The notes below the pieces were generated by a model. It ran no database searches. It saw nothing but the letters and a program-made list of their open reading frames with translations, and was not told where the DNA came from. Positions 51,601 to 64,000 of a DNA stretch of 64,000 nucleotides are shown here, one piece after another (the stretch's first letter is position 1; the number at the start of each line of letters is the position of its first letter). The stretch is from Perna viridis. Lineage: Eukaryota. The translations under genes and the position numbers were made by a program. The stretch lies in contig CM074517.1 in assembly GCA_037379345.1 (NCBI GenBank), positions 46,422,577-46,486,576 on the forward strand, read 5' to 3'.

Positions 51601-53620
51601 TAAAGTGGGAGCCTTTGCGGTTAATCTGACTTTCCGTTTTGTCATTTGTTATATTGACCCACTTTTTTACGATCGGCATTCCTTTTGACTATTTCCAATA
51701 TTTTGCCTACCAGTTTGGGTAATTATGTTATCTAAAATCAACCAAACCGTTTTGACAATTTCACTACCAGCAGTCTCAGATGTAACTCTCATTGATGTTT
51801 TTTTCGAGTTTTTTTTATGATAAGATTGTCGACAACATACTCGACTCGTATTTGACTGATTTTAAGGTGAACCAGAGCTTTGAAAATGACATCTTTGATA
51901 ACTGTTAAGGTCGTGTTGTCTTCCACAACATCTTTAATGTTCTAAAATTTAATCTGTAACATTAGGGAACAAGACCAACTTTAAAACATGTAATAGAAAA
52001 AAGTATAGAACGAAATAAACAAGAGATTCAAAAAACTACAATTATTGCTCTTCTAACAATAGATCAGTAAATTAATTTAAATGTAATAACAAGCTCTGAT
52101 ATTTGATTTTGAAGACATGGCTATTAATTAAAGAGAAAGCTGACAGCTAATGAAAAGTTGTAATTTTTGCAAAAAAGTTACTGTAGTGTTTGAAAGATTT
52201 CCCTGCACGAAATGAAAACGATTAGGGTTAAAATTGAGATTTTATATCAAAAGTAATTGTAATCAAATAAGGAATTAATTCATGGAACTCATTATAATGC
52301 ATCCATCCCATCGCATTACCATAAAGGATACTTCAAGGTTCAAGAATAGTTATACATAATCGATCAAAAGTTTTAAGTACAACGAAAGTTACTTTGTCGT
52401 TGAGGAATTCAGAGTAATGAAGAGATTGATGGATTAGTAAAGCACTGGACAACAACATATATGGTGCATAGAAATAACAGCTACGAGGACTATATACCAA
52501 ATCCCTGTATACATGTATTACTATTGAACATTTATAACATTTAGATCAATCTTAGTATACGTATATTTCTGAACATGGTGCTTCTCTTTCAGTTTAGGGC
52601 AAAATTGAATATTATATATATGTAGTCTCGGAAATCCACAGAGTTGCTTCTGGGAAATTAACAAGAAACTTTTTAACTGAAATAGGTCATGAACATGTCA
52701 ACATATCAATTCTTAAAATGATTTGGATATTTAATATGTTGGTTAAAATTGTGCAAGTTTTATTACTTTATCATGTGTGAAATCTGTGATTGTAATAAAG
52801 TTGGTAAACGTTCAAGCTTGTAAATAACATGTAGTTGTGAACGACCAATTGAATTTGAGGAGAGGGCTGGAAAGATATCTGCGGATCAAAAATGTTAACG
52901 AATTAATTATTCATATTTTACAATATTCAAATGATTAATTTTCATAGATGTAAAAGCACAATGTTCGGATCAGAGGTATTTGAAAGGATAAAATATTTTT
53001 AACAATCTTCTAGATCTAACTTTATTTTTCCAAAAAGTCTTGGTCAAAACATTTATTTTGAAATGTTTCCAAGCCCCTTCTGCCAACCCTAAAAATTCTA
53101 CTGTCGAATCCTTACATAATTTATTTTATAAGTGTTAAAGGCAATGATTGTTATGAACCTCTCGGTGATGGATTCAGATTTCTATTCCGATAGTTTTGGT
53201 TTTCATTACTTTTTGTATACAATACTGTTTATATTTAGATTAAACCGTTTCAAGGAGTAACCTATTGTCAATCAAAGATGGTTTAATCCTGGTTTGCCCA
53301 CTTTCAATTACCCCAATTATTAATAAGTTAATTAAGCACACACAAAAAAAAATAAGAGGTCTCCGACTATGAAGTTGTATAGTCTGTTTCAAAATTATTT
53401 ATATGTAACGATATTGAAAGTAATATGTAACGCAATTACAAATACTTTTTTTTATTTTATTGAAGCACTATTTAGCATATTTAAAATGTAAGAAGTTCTA
53501 TTTAATAAACTCCTGTAACCGAACTTTCTCTGTCAAACTTGTTCTGGGATGATTAAGTTGCCGTTTGCCATAGTTGGATTTAATGCTTCAAAACTAACAT
53601 AATTTTCTTTTCATAATGAA

Positions 53621-53760
53621 AATTTCAGCTTGGAGAGTTAATATTTTTCACATTAATTTCAGCTTGGAGAGTTAATATTTTTCACATTAATTTCAGCTTG
53701 GAGAGTTAATATTATTCACATTAATTTCAGCTTGGAGAGTTAATATTATTCACATTAATT
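53621..53760. repeat. 34-bp minisatellite, 4 copies
   Basis: AATTTCAGCTTGGAGAGTTAATATT(T/A)TTCACATT. Confidence 0.95.
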
Positions 53761-55448
53761 TGATTATTTAACTTAGTAGATTTATATAAATGTACAATGT
53801 TTTTTTTTACATGCAATTTATGTTAAGATTATCAATGTTTGTATATTTTCTGTGTAACTCTTTATTATAGTTTATGAGAATAAAGTAAAGAGGTAAACCA
53901 TTTTGAAAGTATGAAATAGCAGATTGGTATAAATCCCAATTATATCTATAACATATAATGTTTATTATTCAAATTGTTTTAAAACATATACTAAAACTGA
54001 AAAAATTAAATTAGCTTTGTCAGTTTTGTATTTATGGGTATAGGAATTTTAAAAAATCACATTCTCCTTAATTTCAATAGTCAGTCATAGAATTCTTAAC
54101 CTGATTTTTCGGTGTCTTCTGGCTATTACAACATTTTAAAATTTCATATTCTGGCTATTCAAAAATGGAAAGAACAATAGATGTTTTACAATATAAAGTG
54201 TTGTTATGATAATTAATCCTTAAATAGATGTACAGGTAAAGGTGAAAAATATATTAACTTAATGTTGGAATTAAAAGTATATTTCTGACTATTGAAGATG
54301 TTAGTCATAATGATGATAATTTTACCTGATTTTTAGAAGATAAAAACAATTTTTTTTGGTGTGAAATGTTTCGCTATTTTGTTAAAGTATTTAAATTTGT
54401 GTGATTATAATTTTTAACTGTTGAAATTGAAATTCGTTTAAAAACAGATAACCAATGATTTTCCCAAACAAGTTTGATTATAATTATAGAAATGTCAAAC
54501 TCACTAACTTGATACCCCCACACTTCCCCATTTGATAGCATGCACCTTTCGGCATCCGTATTGATTTGGAAGGGGGTGTACAAAAGAAACATGCAATAAA
54601 GATTATGAGATAGTAGAATCCAATTCCATTCAGTTATATATGAGGAGTAACAGATGATAGCAGACTGAATAGTAAAAACAACACAAGCCCTTTTGTTTAT
54701 TTGAACTTTTAATTAAAAATTGACGAAACATGATAACACCCTTGGAACACGTGTACAGCATATCAAAATTTGCAATAAATATGATCGGTATTTTTGCACT
54801 TTATCAACTGTTTATCGGAACTCAATGAACATACGCAGTATTTTATGAGTTCACTCTGCCAATGTTTTACTTTTATAGTAAATACCTTAAATTGTATTTT
54901 GGTCCATGGGAGAAATGCAAAATATGTTTTCATGTTTAATTCACAATAAAACGTTTGGTTAAAACGTTTGGTTAAGACAAGTTTTATGCATACAAACGAA
55001 GAATATATGTTTTATACTGTATGATTTTTATGAGTTTTTCAGGCCCGCTCATACGTTTTATATGTTTCACAAGTTGATTCGAAACACGTGAAAACATATA
55101 TAGAACATATGAATTATTTAGATTTTTTTATACCCAAGGTTTTCACAAACATTAAACCAATTGTATTCGAAATATAAATGTTATGCCTGACTTTAATTCA
55201 AAACAAAATGATTTTAAGATAAACATGATCTTAAAATTGACGAGTTGAATCACTTACAAACTTTGAAAGGTATCAAAAGAAATATTTTTTTTCGTAAATT
55301 GTAAGTTGCAGCAAGTATACGTCATTATATTAATAACACACACATACTGAAAATATAAAAATATATATTTATAAAGCTTTTACATCGTCACTTTTATTCA
55401 TAAAAACATTAGTGTAAAAAAAATCGTTTCTTTTTATTGTCCACTGTT

Positions 55449-55774
55449 TTATACTTTCATGCTTTTTCTGTGCATGCCAAATCTAGAAGCGTCAAGACAC
55501 AAAATTGATAAACAAATGGCTATAATGACACTGGCACCGCTGCAACCCAACACTTTCGCCGATAATCTTTGGTCTTCAGCCGATGTCAAACGTCTTATGT
55601 AAGCACTGGTTCTTTTCGTATTTATTTTATATATATACTCGGCTTCGGGCATAGTATAGTTTCTATGATGTGTTGCATATTGAAATGTACAGTTGCATTT
55701 CCCTTGACAGGTGGGACTTACGGGACTTGAAGCATTGGTATTTCGAGTAGAATTGTCTGGACTTGTGGGTTTGT
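55449..55774 (-). CDS. Lectin gene terminal exon with TM segment
   Basis: DKPTSP...CQGKCNC...TSAYIRRLTSAEDQRLSAKVLG + TM + stop. Confidence 0.85.
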
Positions 55775-58700
55775 CTGTAAAAGGACGGGAATAAAAAAAT
55801 GTATCAAACTCACATGTATGCAATAGGATAGCATTTGTTAATCAAATTATTAAAGAATCATTTAAAGGTTTTGATTAACTGTAAATTAAATTTAGCACAA
55901 ATGTAGAGGAAAACCAATAAAGCAGTTTAATTTAAAAAAAAATAAACATTTAACAATTAAATTGCATACTAAATGATAAGAAGGGATGTTTTGCGTATAT
56001 TAAATGAGAGAACGTATTTTTTATGGTTGATAACCTTATTCAAAGTATCTAAATGTAGAGTTTAGTTAATTTTGATTTTTGTATTAATTCGTAACTGAAT
56101 CAATCTCCTCAGTATTTAAGTACTTCTCTGTCTGAGAATCAGGCAAAATGTGTATCAGGTGTTGCACATGAAGAAAAAAACGCAAAAATTTTATTGCATT
56201 TTCCAGGTTTTTTTATACCTCATAACCTCTAGAAATAACAATGAAAGTACTTGTGAGATTTACTTTTTCATAGGTCAAATTTAGTTGAAATGCACTATGG
56301 AAACATGACAGGAAAATTTTCCTGCACTTTTTCCTATATAACCAGTCAAAAAATATCTACGCTACGCATGCTTCAGGATAATTTTCAGTAGCTGTTTGGT
56401 TGTTTTCTAGGTGTACTGAATATATTTGAGGCAATAAAAACCAAATTGTTAAAAAAGATGCGCCACCCATTGCCTGATTCTTACACAGAATAGTACTTAA
56501 TTTAGATTGTTAGGCTGCAAGTACTGAGATTTTGGGAATACTAATATTGAAAGTGTTTTACATGTTAGTATTTGTAGGACTTTTTTGTACTACTAAGTGT
56601 TAGGATATGTATGGAAATAAACAAACCAGTGGACTTTGACACATCTCTTGTTTCTATATTTGTCTGTGACTGAGTAGTCCTTTCATGTGCAGTAGACATT
56701 TCGTAGTCACGTGAATTTGACGTTTCCATGGAGGGTGAGTGACTTTTGATAAGATAATCTCTTGTTGAGAGTGAATGGAAAATTTCATTCATCGAAGTTT
56801 CTGTGCGAGAGGTTCCTTCGTCGGTTGTCGATTTAACATCTATTGCCTGTGAAGTTTGTTGGGTCATAATGCCAAACGAAGACAAATTGTTCATAGTTGG
56901 TGTGAAATCTACAAACAAATAACATGATCATTTTTTTACTTATTTACAAAAGTCTGTGATTCAAGCTATAAAAACAAATTGATTTTTTTTTCATTTACGA
57001 TTTTACAAATTGAAACCCTGTATGTTTTAAGGTTGAACCACTGCAGTCGATCATCTTCCTGTGCATTTAACAGGTGCATATATATTATAATTTAAGTTGA
57101 TTTTCTAACTTGCTTCCTGATAAGATGTTTCTCTTCAAGCAATGGAACTTGCTATGGTGCTGTGACGTCATTAATATCGATCGGTCCGCACTCCGCATTT
57201 CAAATAATCTCAAATAAACGAACCAAAGCTTGATATTTGGATTTGACTCAGTAAGAAATTAAATTATAAGGAATGTTTCTAACATATTAAAATACTCAAA
57301 AGAACGAATATGGATATCGTGAATATGTCAAGAAATCCCACAGGATACCAAAAGTCAGGTCGATGCAACCCAATTGCCAGTTATCTTTGTTTATATATAA
57401 AATAAGTGTAAACCGCCGCAAACTAGGTTATTTCGTATGACCTGTTCAAACAAGAAACATTTAAGGATTGACTGTTATATTTTTTTCATGAAGAAATAAC
57501 CTCAATCGCGTGATGCACACAAAATAACCTGCGTTGCAGGTTACTTTGAAGTGTGCACCATGGGCATTTATGTTATATCAGATAATATGAAAGTAATATT
57601 GTTCGTGGGGTACCAATTTTCGTGGTATTTGTTTGTGAGCCAGACCACGGTATTTGGTTCCCAACGGAAAGCAGATTCCCAATGATGCGTGTACTGAAAA
57701 CTCAAAACCACGAGTTCAAACTTACGTGTTTTCCCTAATCCACGAAAATCGGTATCATGAATTAAAGTACTTACAAATTAGACCGAATAAATTCCTTACA
57801 ATTTAATTTAAGAGGCAAGTGTACTTATCACAATCACGAAAAAATATATCGTAAATTATTTTTTCTATTGTGGACAGTTCTTCAATTGCACATTTAGCAG
57901 ACAGTGTATTTGTAAAAAAAAGACTAGCATATCAATAAAAAAGACAAATATAAATCGATTTTGATATTACGAGCAGCAGGTGTAACATGTAAGAAGACGA
58001 AGTTGAATACATATTGATATTCTTTTAAAAATTAATGCCTTTTGGTTTTAAAATTTTACATCAACTAGGATTTATTTTTCTTCACAACTTAAGAAAACTT
58101 AAAGCTGTTAGCTAGACGTGATCACTTACTGTTGTTTAAGATACAAAACTAAAACATCCTTCTTTTGTTACAGGAATTGGATGCAATCCGGAAATGACAA
58201 CAAATGAAACCAGACTTTTCTGTGTTATAGGATGGTACAGAAGTGCGAAAGTAGGACCGTTGGCATCAGAATATTTTATTTCTAATGCGATGTTACATCT
58301 TAGCTAACTTGATATATCTACTTGTAATACCTGTCATAATAACTTATATTGTCATAACAACTTAGATTATCATAACAACTTAGATTGTAATAGCAACTTA
58401 GATTGTTATAATAACTTAGATGGTCATAGCAACCTAGATTGTTATAATAACTTAGATTGTCATAGCAACCTAGATTGTTATAATAACTTAGATTGTCATA
58501 ATGATTAAACTTATTAATAACAAGAATTTAAGTAAGCTATATCAACACATGTTTTGTAGTTAGCTAAGTTTAAAAGTCATCTTACTTGATCATGTTGATA
58601 TAATAACTTGTTAACCAAATTATTATAATAAATGAAAATAAAACTACCTAGCTTCCATAGAATGGTGTATGTTGTAGTAACACTCACTCCCTTTTTTTCG

Positions 58701-59660
58701 AGATTTATTCTGATTTTTTTTTATTTTCGGCGTCATCTCGATTTATACTATCGATTTAGATCATACTTACCATACATACATAACACATTGTATGTTTCAG
58801 AACACGATCTGGTTCTCCACATACTTTTTGCATCCTCTCTGTAAATAAATATTGAAACACAGTGTTGGTATCCGCCTTCACAACTGAAGTATTCATATAA
58901 GCAATTTGGCTCATCCTTTTCCCAATAATTATAGTCCATTTTTGCATCGTCTATCCACATAAAATTATGGTCGAAAGGGTTCCATCTCAGCCCTATCCAC
59001 ACAATTCCTTTAACCGCTTCGTCTCCACTATCACTGTTAACAATAGAAATGTCAGGATAAATGGCAGTATCGTAATTTAATCTCGTTTATGCTGATTGTT
59101 TTAAAAAAAAAATGGAGCGCAACTAAAGTATAAGTTCAGATTCCTATAATAAACTTTTAAAAACCGTCATTTAAATCTTAGGATTAGGTTTTCATCATCT
59201 TAAAGTTGTTATGATCAATGATTTAATGCTAATGAACTTATTGAAGTTATAACAGTTTTGAAATCTTAAATTTACCTCTGTTGTAGAGAAATCAGAAGAG
59301 GGTGTAATTGTTTTCAGTTTGAATAATAATCCGACATAATCAATGACACATGTAGAGAAAGATCATAGATCTTTCTTTAAGCGACAGTTAAGTGTAGCGA
59401 ATAGCATTGCATTGTCTTATTTTATATACATTTTAGACATCAGCCCAATTAATGGGGCTTTGATAAAATAATGTATATAATGAATTACTTGGAACAAACG
59501 TACAGACTTGATAAAGTTGATAAATACTTGATTGCCTCAGCCATTGTAGGGTTGTCCTTGATAATGGCAAATTCCATGTTTCTAGAAGTACAAGCCGTTA
59601 CGCCTTCTCCCCATTGCTTTGGTGAAATTACTTCAAATACTTTTCTGTAACTGGTAATAC
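55449..59660 (-). CDS. 5'-partial membrane protein: C-type lectin domain + S/T-rich mucin stalk + Cys/juxtamembrane motif + C-terminal TM helix
   Basis: Join 59504-59660,58771-59033,56627-56908,55449-55774 with consistent phases; CTLD motifs WGEGVTAC, WIGL, W..DEPN, HCV, WRTRSC, VLC; hydrophobic VLGCSGASVIIAICLSILCL before the TAA stop. Signal-peptide exon not located. Confidence 0.85.
56116..56500. mobile_element. TTAA-flanked MITE
   Basis: TTAAGTACTTCTCTGTCTGAGAATCAGGCAA / TTGCCTGATTCTTACACAGAATAGTACTTAA. Confidence 0.8.
56627..56908 (-). CDS. Lectin gene S/T-rich stalk exon
   Basis: DFTPTMNN...VSKST; phase 1-1, AG/GT. Confidence 0.8.
58333..58500. repeat. 18-bp minisatellite, ~9 copies
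   Basis: GTCATAACAACTTAGATT variants. Confidence 0.9.
58771..59033 (-). CDS. C-type lectin exon (C-terminal half of the CTLD)
   Basis: VWIGLRW...YWEKDEPNC...HCVSI...WRTRSCSETYNVLCMY; donor GTAAGT. Confidence 0.9.
59504..59660 (-). CDS. C-type lectin exon (N-terminal half of the CTLD)
   Basis: GITSYRKVFEVISPKQWGEGVTACTSRNMEFAIIKDNPTMAEAIKYL; TGTAG/GTACGT. Confidence 0.82.
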
Positions 59661-59779
59661 CTACAAAAATATTTAATACATATAAACAACTGAATGTTAC
59701 GATGTTCAGCTATATCAGCATTAATAAACACTATGAGTCTGGTGGAATGATTGCAAAAACGTGTATTATAATAGAAAAA

Positions 59780-60810
59780 AAACTATGTCGGTATGCCTGG
59801 TCTGAATAAATGTCTCTTTTTACACACTTTATGTCGGTATGTCTGTGCTAATGTTTCTTTATACACGCTGCATTTTGGTATGCTAGTGATTATATGCCTT
59901 AATACAAATTTTATGTCGGTATGTCTGTGCTAATGTTTTTATGTATACATTGTATGTCGGTATGCCTGCATAAGACTTTATACACTTGGTATGTCGGTAT
60001 GACTACGATGATGTTTCTTTATACACATTGTATATTTATATGCCTGTGATAATGTTATTTATACACACTGTATGTCGATATGCCTATGCTAAATGTTTCT
60101 TTATACATACTTTATGTCGGTATGACAGTGTAAATGTTTCTTAATTTACACTGTATGTCGGTATGCTTGTGTTAATATTTCTTTATACACATTCTATGTT
60201 GGTATGCCTGCATACGTGTTTCTTTATACACTTTGAATTTCAGTAGGCCTGCATAAGTGGCATGCTTCTTTATAAAAGTTGTTTGTCAGTTTCCTTACGT
60301 AGGTGTTTCTTTATGCAATTTGTATGTTGGTATGTCTGTGTAAATATTTTTTTTCATACACTGTACTTTGGCATGCCTGAGTAAATACTTCTTTATGAAC
60401 AATGAATATGCGTATACTTGTGCGAATGTTTGTTTATACACTCTGTAAGTCGGTTTCTCTGCATATGTGTTTCTTTATGCACTTTGTATAAAGGTAATCT
60501 TGCATTTAAGTGTTTCTGTATACACGCTGTATGTCGGTATATCAATGATAATGTTTCTTTATACACAATGTATGTCCGTATGCCTGGGATAATGTTTCTT
60601 TATACACATTGTATGTCGGTATGCCTTTATACACAGTCTATATCGACATGCCTTCTTTTTATTCTTTATAAAAGCTGTCTGTCAGTATGCATGCGTAATT
60701 TTTTTTATACTCATCGTATTTAGATATGCCCGAGTAAATATTTTTATTGTAATAAATATGCCCATATCCCGGAATGAATGTCTCTTTATATACTCTGTAT
60801 GTCGGTGTCT
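59780..60810. repeat. Degenerate ~41-bp satellite, roughly 25 copies
   Basis: TATACACACTGTATGTCGGTATGCCTGTGATAATGTTTCTT consensus read by eye. Confidence 0.9.
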
Positions 60811-61049
60811 GTTTAGATTTTTCTTCATAGTGACTGTATTAATCCAATGTCATGGGAACATCAATGAGCATGCGCTAGAATGGCAAAACGGTAAACGAGT
60901 GGCCCTAAAAATTGGGACTTTTTTGATGGACAACGATCGATAGAATGCTTGCTGATTAAATAAACATTATTGATAAGTGTGAATGATAACAGTTAGCTGA
61001 TTTTTTAATTAAATAACACGTCAACACCATTATTGTAAATATATCAAAC

Positions 61050-63620
61050 TCGAGTTACACAATTGTAAACAATAGGGCGCCCAAGGGTGATAATGCCCTT
61101 GAAGTTGAAGCTGAAGTGATTAAAATCTTCATTGTTTACTGAAACTTTAATATTTATGTGTCGGTATCCTGATAGTCCTGATACACTTACATCAACCCTT
61201 CGTCAAGAAACTCACCAGATTCGAAGACCAAATTCTATTTGTGAATTAGGAGAAATAGGTACTACAAAAAGACACCAACTTAGAGAAAATCGATCGCTAA
61301 CAAGGTTCTGGAGGCCTTGCAAGCCCTGAAGTTCTGAATTCTGTGATTCCAGTATTGTCGAGAAAAATCAAAGAAGTCATTGTCCCAATAATAGAACAAG
61401 AGGTCAAAAAATGTGTTAAGGCAAAAATTACACCAGTCCAGACAAAGGTTAGACAACAAGACAGCGTGTAAAGAACAACAGAGACAGAAAATCTGCTAAC
61501 AATTTATACAAATAAATACTCTTGAAAAAGCAGTCAAAGACAAGATAACTTCAATCAGAGAAAAGGACAAGGACATAGGGTACCTTTATAACAAAATAAG
61601 TGAAATAGAAAATAGGAGTGATTGAAAATCAAGAACATTATTTACGCCGCCTCAACAATTTACCAGTGCCAGTAGATAGAAATGGTAAAATTCTCCATCC
61701 TGTGAATATTGATGAGATTATCCTAGACATTTGCCATGGCAAACTTGAAACTATCCATCTAGAAGACTTTGGTCGCTGTCATTGCGATCATTGGTAGAGC
61801 AAAAAAATGGATAATCCTAAATAATCGTTCGGTTTATCTCCTACAGAACTAGACATCTGGTTTATTCTAATGCAAAAGCCCTCAAAGGAGATCCTGAAGG
61901 AATCTTCAGTACAGAGAACCTCACTGAATTAAAAACAACTCTTGTGAAAAGATCAGCAACTATGAAAAACAAAAATCAAAGTCATGCATATTAGACAATC
62001 GATGGTCGAATATATGTGAAAGTAACAACAAATAATGATAGGAAATGTTGAGACAAATCCTGGCCCTCAGATGGACAAAATCACAGAAAATGAAATATCA
62101 AATGATAGACATGTCTCCATTATAAGCTTGTCTAGTGAATATCCGCAGTATCAGAAATTGATTTTTTTTAAATAATCTCTGTGAGGAATTCGATATACTA
62201 ACTATTTCCGAATCACACTTAGATTCCAATCTAAAAGATGATGATTTAATACTTGAATCATTTTAAATGAGAAAATTCGTTTGAAGAAACTCTTTATATT
62301 GAATTGTGTACGAAAGAGAAAAAATCTTGCTACGTCACATTTAAAGACCACCGAACTCGGGTGATGATCACTACTGGACTCGATTGAATCATGCAGTTGA
62401 ATTAGGGTTACATACAGATTCTCCTTCAGTCTCGAGGGGATTACAGGATTTCTCCACTCCAGATAGTTAACATCTTAAATTTAACTACAGAGAGTGGAAA
62501 AATTCTTTAAACCCCCAGAAAAATGAGGGAGAATCTGTTTCTCCCATGAATAAAACCATAACAAATAAACTAAACAACACCCTTAATTCTCCCAACATCA
62601 AATACGTCGTCAAAGATCTCCCCTCCAGTCATTGCATCATCAGTATCACTACCATTATGAATAGTTGATACACTACCAACTAATCTTTTAAAATATGAAT
62701 AGCATTCGTAAATCAACAAGTATTTAATTGATCAACAATATGAATAACAACTTTAAACATGATAAGCATGGTAAGCGTGGTAAGTGTGGGAGTCTTCACG
62801 CGATACTTTAATTTCTCGGCACGTGGCGGGTAAATTACAACTTTTTAATCACTCGCTAGTGCGGTGTGACTGAAGCCTATGAGTGGGAGAAAAAATAATC
62901 CAAATTTGGTGATCATGGGAGATTTGAACTCTGATTCATTTAAACAGTCAAACAATAAGTTAATTGACACTATAAATACATTTAATTATATAAATATAAA
63001 TATATCTAATTTACATAATATTGATAAAACGACACGAGTAACAGAACGAAGCTGCACCCTTCTTGACCTCATTATTATAAGCAATTCCCTCAAATGTTTT
63101 TTTTTCTGAAGTTTTACGCATGAAAAAAAAATAGCAAATGAAAAATTCGAACAAAATTAAGAAAATTATCTAGACAATGCGTCCAATCCCCAAACTTACT
63201 GTAAAATTATGGAAACGCTACTAAAAGCAAATAAAAGTCCCTCAACTATACCCCTTTAAATGAACTTCATCAATGATGCGATAGCATACGAAGACGAAGC
63301 AAAATGTAACGTACTTAACAATTATTTCTCCAAGATCTCATCACTCGACGAGATGTGTGTAGAACCTCCTACTTATGAAACTCGAACAAACGAAAACTAT
63401 CCGATATAACATCGGACATACAGGAAATCTCTGATATTTAAAAAAATACTTTATCCAAACAAAGCCTCAGGCCCAGACATAATCAGTCATAGAATGTTGA
63501 AAATGTTCCCTGAACTTGTTTCTATTCCACTTCCAATATTATTTAACAAATCCCTACTTGAGAACAGGAAAATATCCTTCCAGCTGGAAACTTGGAAACG
63601 TTATTCCTGTATTTAAATCA
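61050..63620 (+). mobile_element. Degenerate CR1/L2-type LINE (ORF1, 2A-like motif, APE endonuclease, pre-RT region), interrupted at ~62265-62880
   Basis: ORF1 remnants IIVRFISYRTR, GIFSTENLT, IDGRIYVK; then GNVETNPGP; NIRSIRN, EFDILTISESHLD, VIMGDLN, TRVTERSCTLLDLII; KCNVLNNYF, NKASGPDIISHRMLK, PLPILFNKSL, WKLGNVIPVFK. Confidence 0.9.
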
Positions 63621-64000
63621 AAGACTGAAGTCTTCAAAGTCGCTCAAATATTCTGTGTCACTGATTTTGGCTAACTTTTAACACCCGAAATGACACGAAT
63701 GGGATATGCTCTAAAATCGGGTGACTTCCGCTTAAATCGTGGTTCCCTTGATATCATTGCCTACTCGTAACCGTAATGACCCGATTGTTTTCAAGTACCC
63801 GTCACCAGATTAAACAGCTGGCAATGACTGTTAATAGATATTGGGATCCTGATAATATATATGACCTATATATAATCAACTGTAAAGAACCCTTGTGTTT
63901 GAATCGAAATCTGTAATATTACATAAATGCAATGTTAACCGATCATTTCATCTTTTAATGTTAACGTCCCGTTCTCATACAAGCAAAAACAAAAAAAGAA

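Noticed and set aside
51640-51950. Exon-like minus-strand frame (NIKDVVEDNTTLTVIKDV...)
   Set aside because: In-frame stop, no recognisable homology, no partner exons
58174-58330. Possible extra lectin exon or antisense exon
   Set aside because: The minus-strand reading stops after 12 codons, the plus-strand frame has no recognisable product, and the gene splices in phase without it
60418-60723. Cys-rich 101-aa ORF
   Set aside because: Lies within the 41-bp satellite

Overview
AT-rich animal genomic DNA with spliceosomal introns; the repeat families and lectin type suggest a bivalve mollusc, probably Mytilus-like (inference). Three protein-coding genes can be rebuilt exon by exon with consistent GT-AG sites and phases. 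(1) SNAPC4 (Myb-repeat subunit of the snRNA-activating complex), minus strand, 14 exons from the ATG at 18601 down to 2791; the gene continues past the left edge. (2) A complete TSC1/hamartin, plus strand, 20 coding exons at 22296-42677 (~1178 aa), head-to-head with SNAPC4. (3) A 5'-partial membrane C-type lectin/mucin-stalk gene, minus strand, 55449-59660. The rest is mobile-element debris (Penelope-like RT and tails, a DIRS tyrosine-recombinase retrotransposon, a CR1/L2-type LINE with a 2A-like motif, Helentron/HINE-like elements, nested MITEs) and minisatellites. The most unusual structure is in TSC1 intron 16: 15 tandem ~68-bp copies of the exon 3' end, most carrying an AG-[42 nt, stop-free, frame-preserving, 14 aa = two heptads]-GT cassette. 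SNAPC4 exon 9 has an independent amplification of its exon end and donor site.
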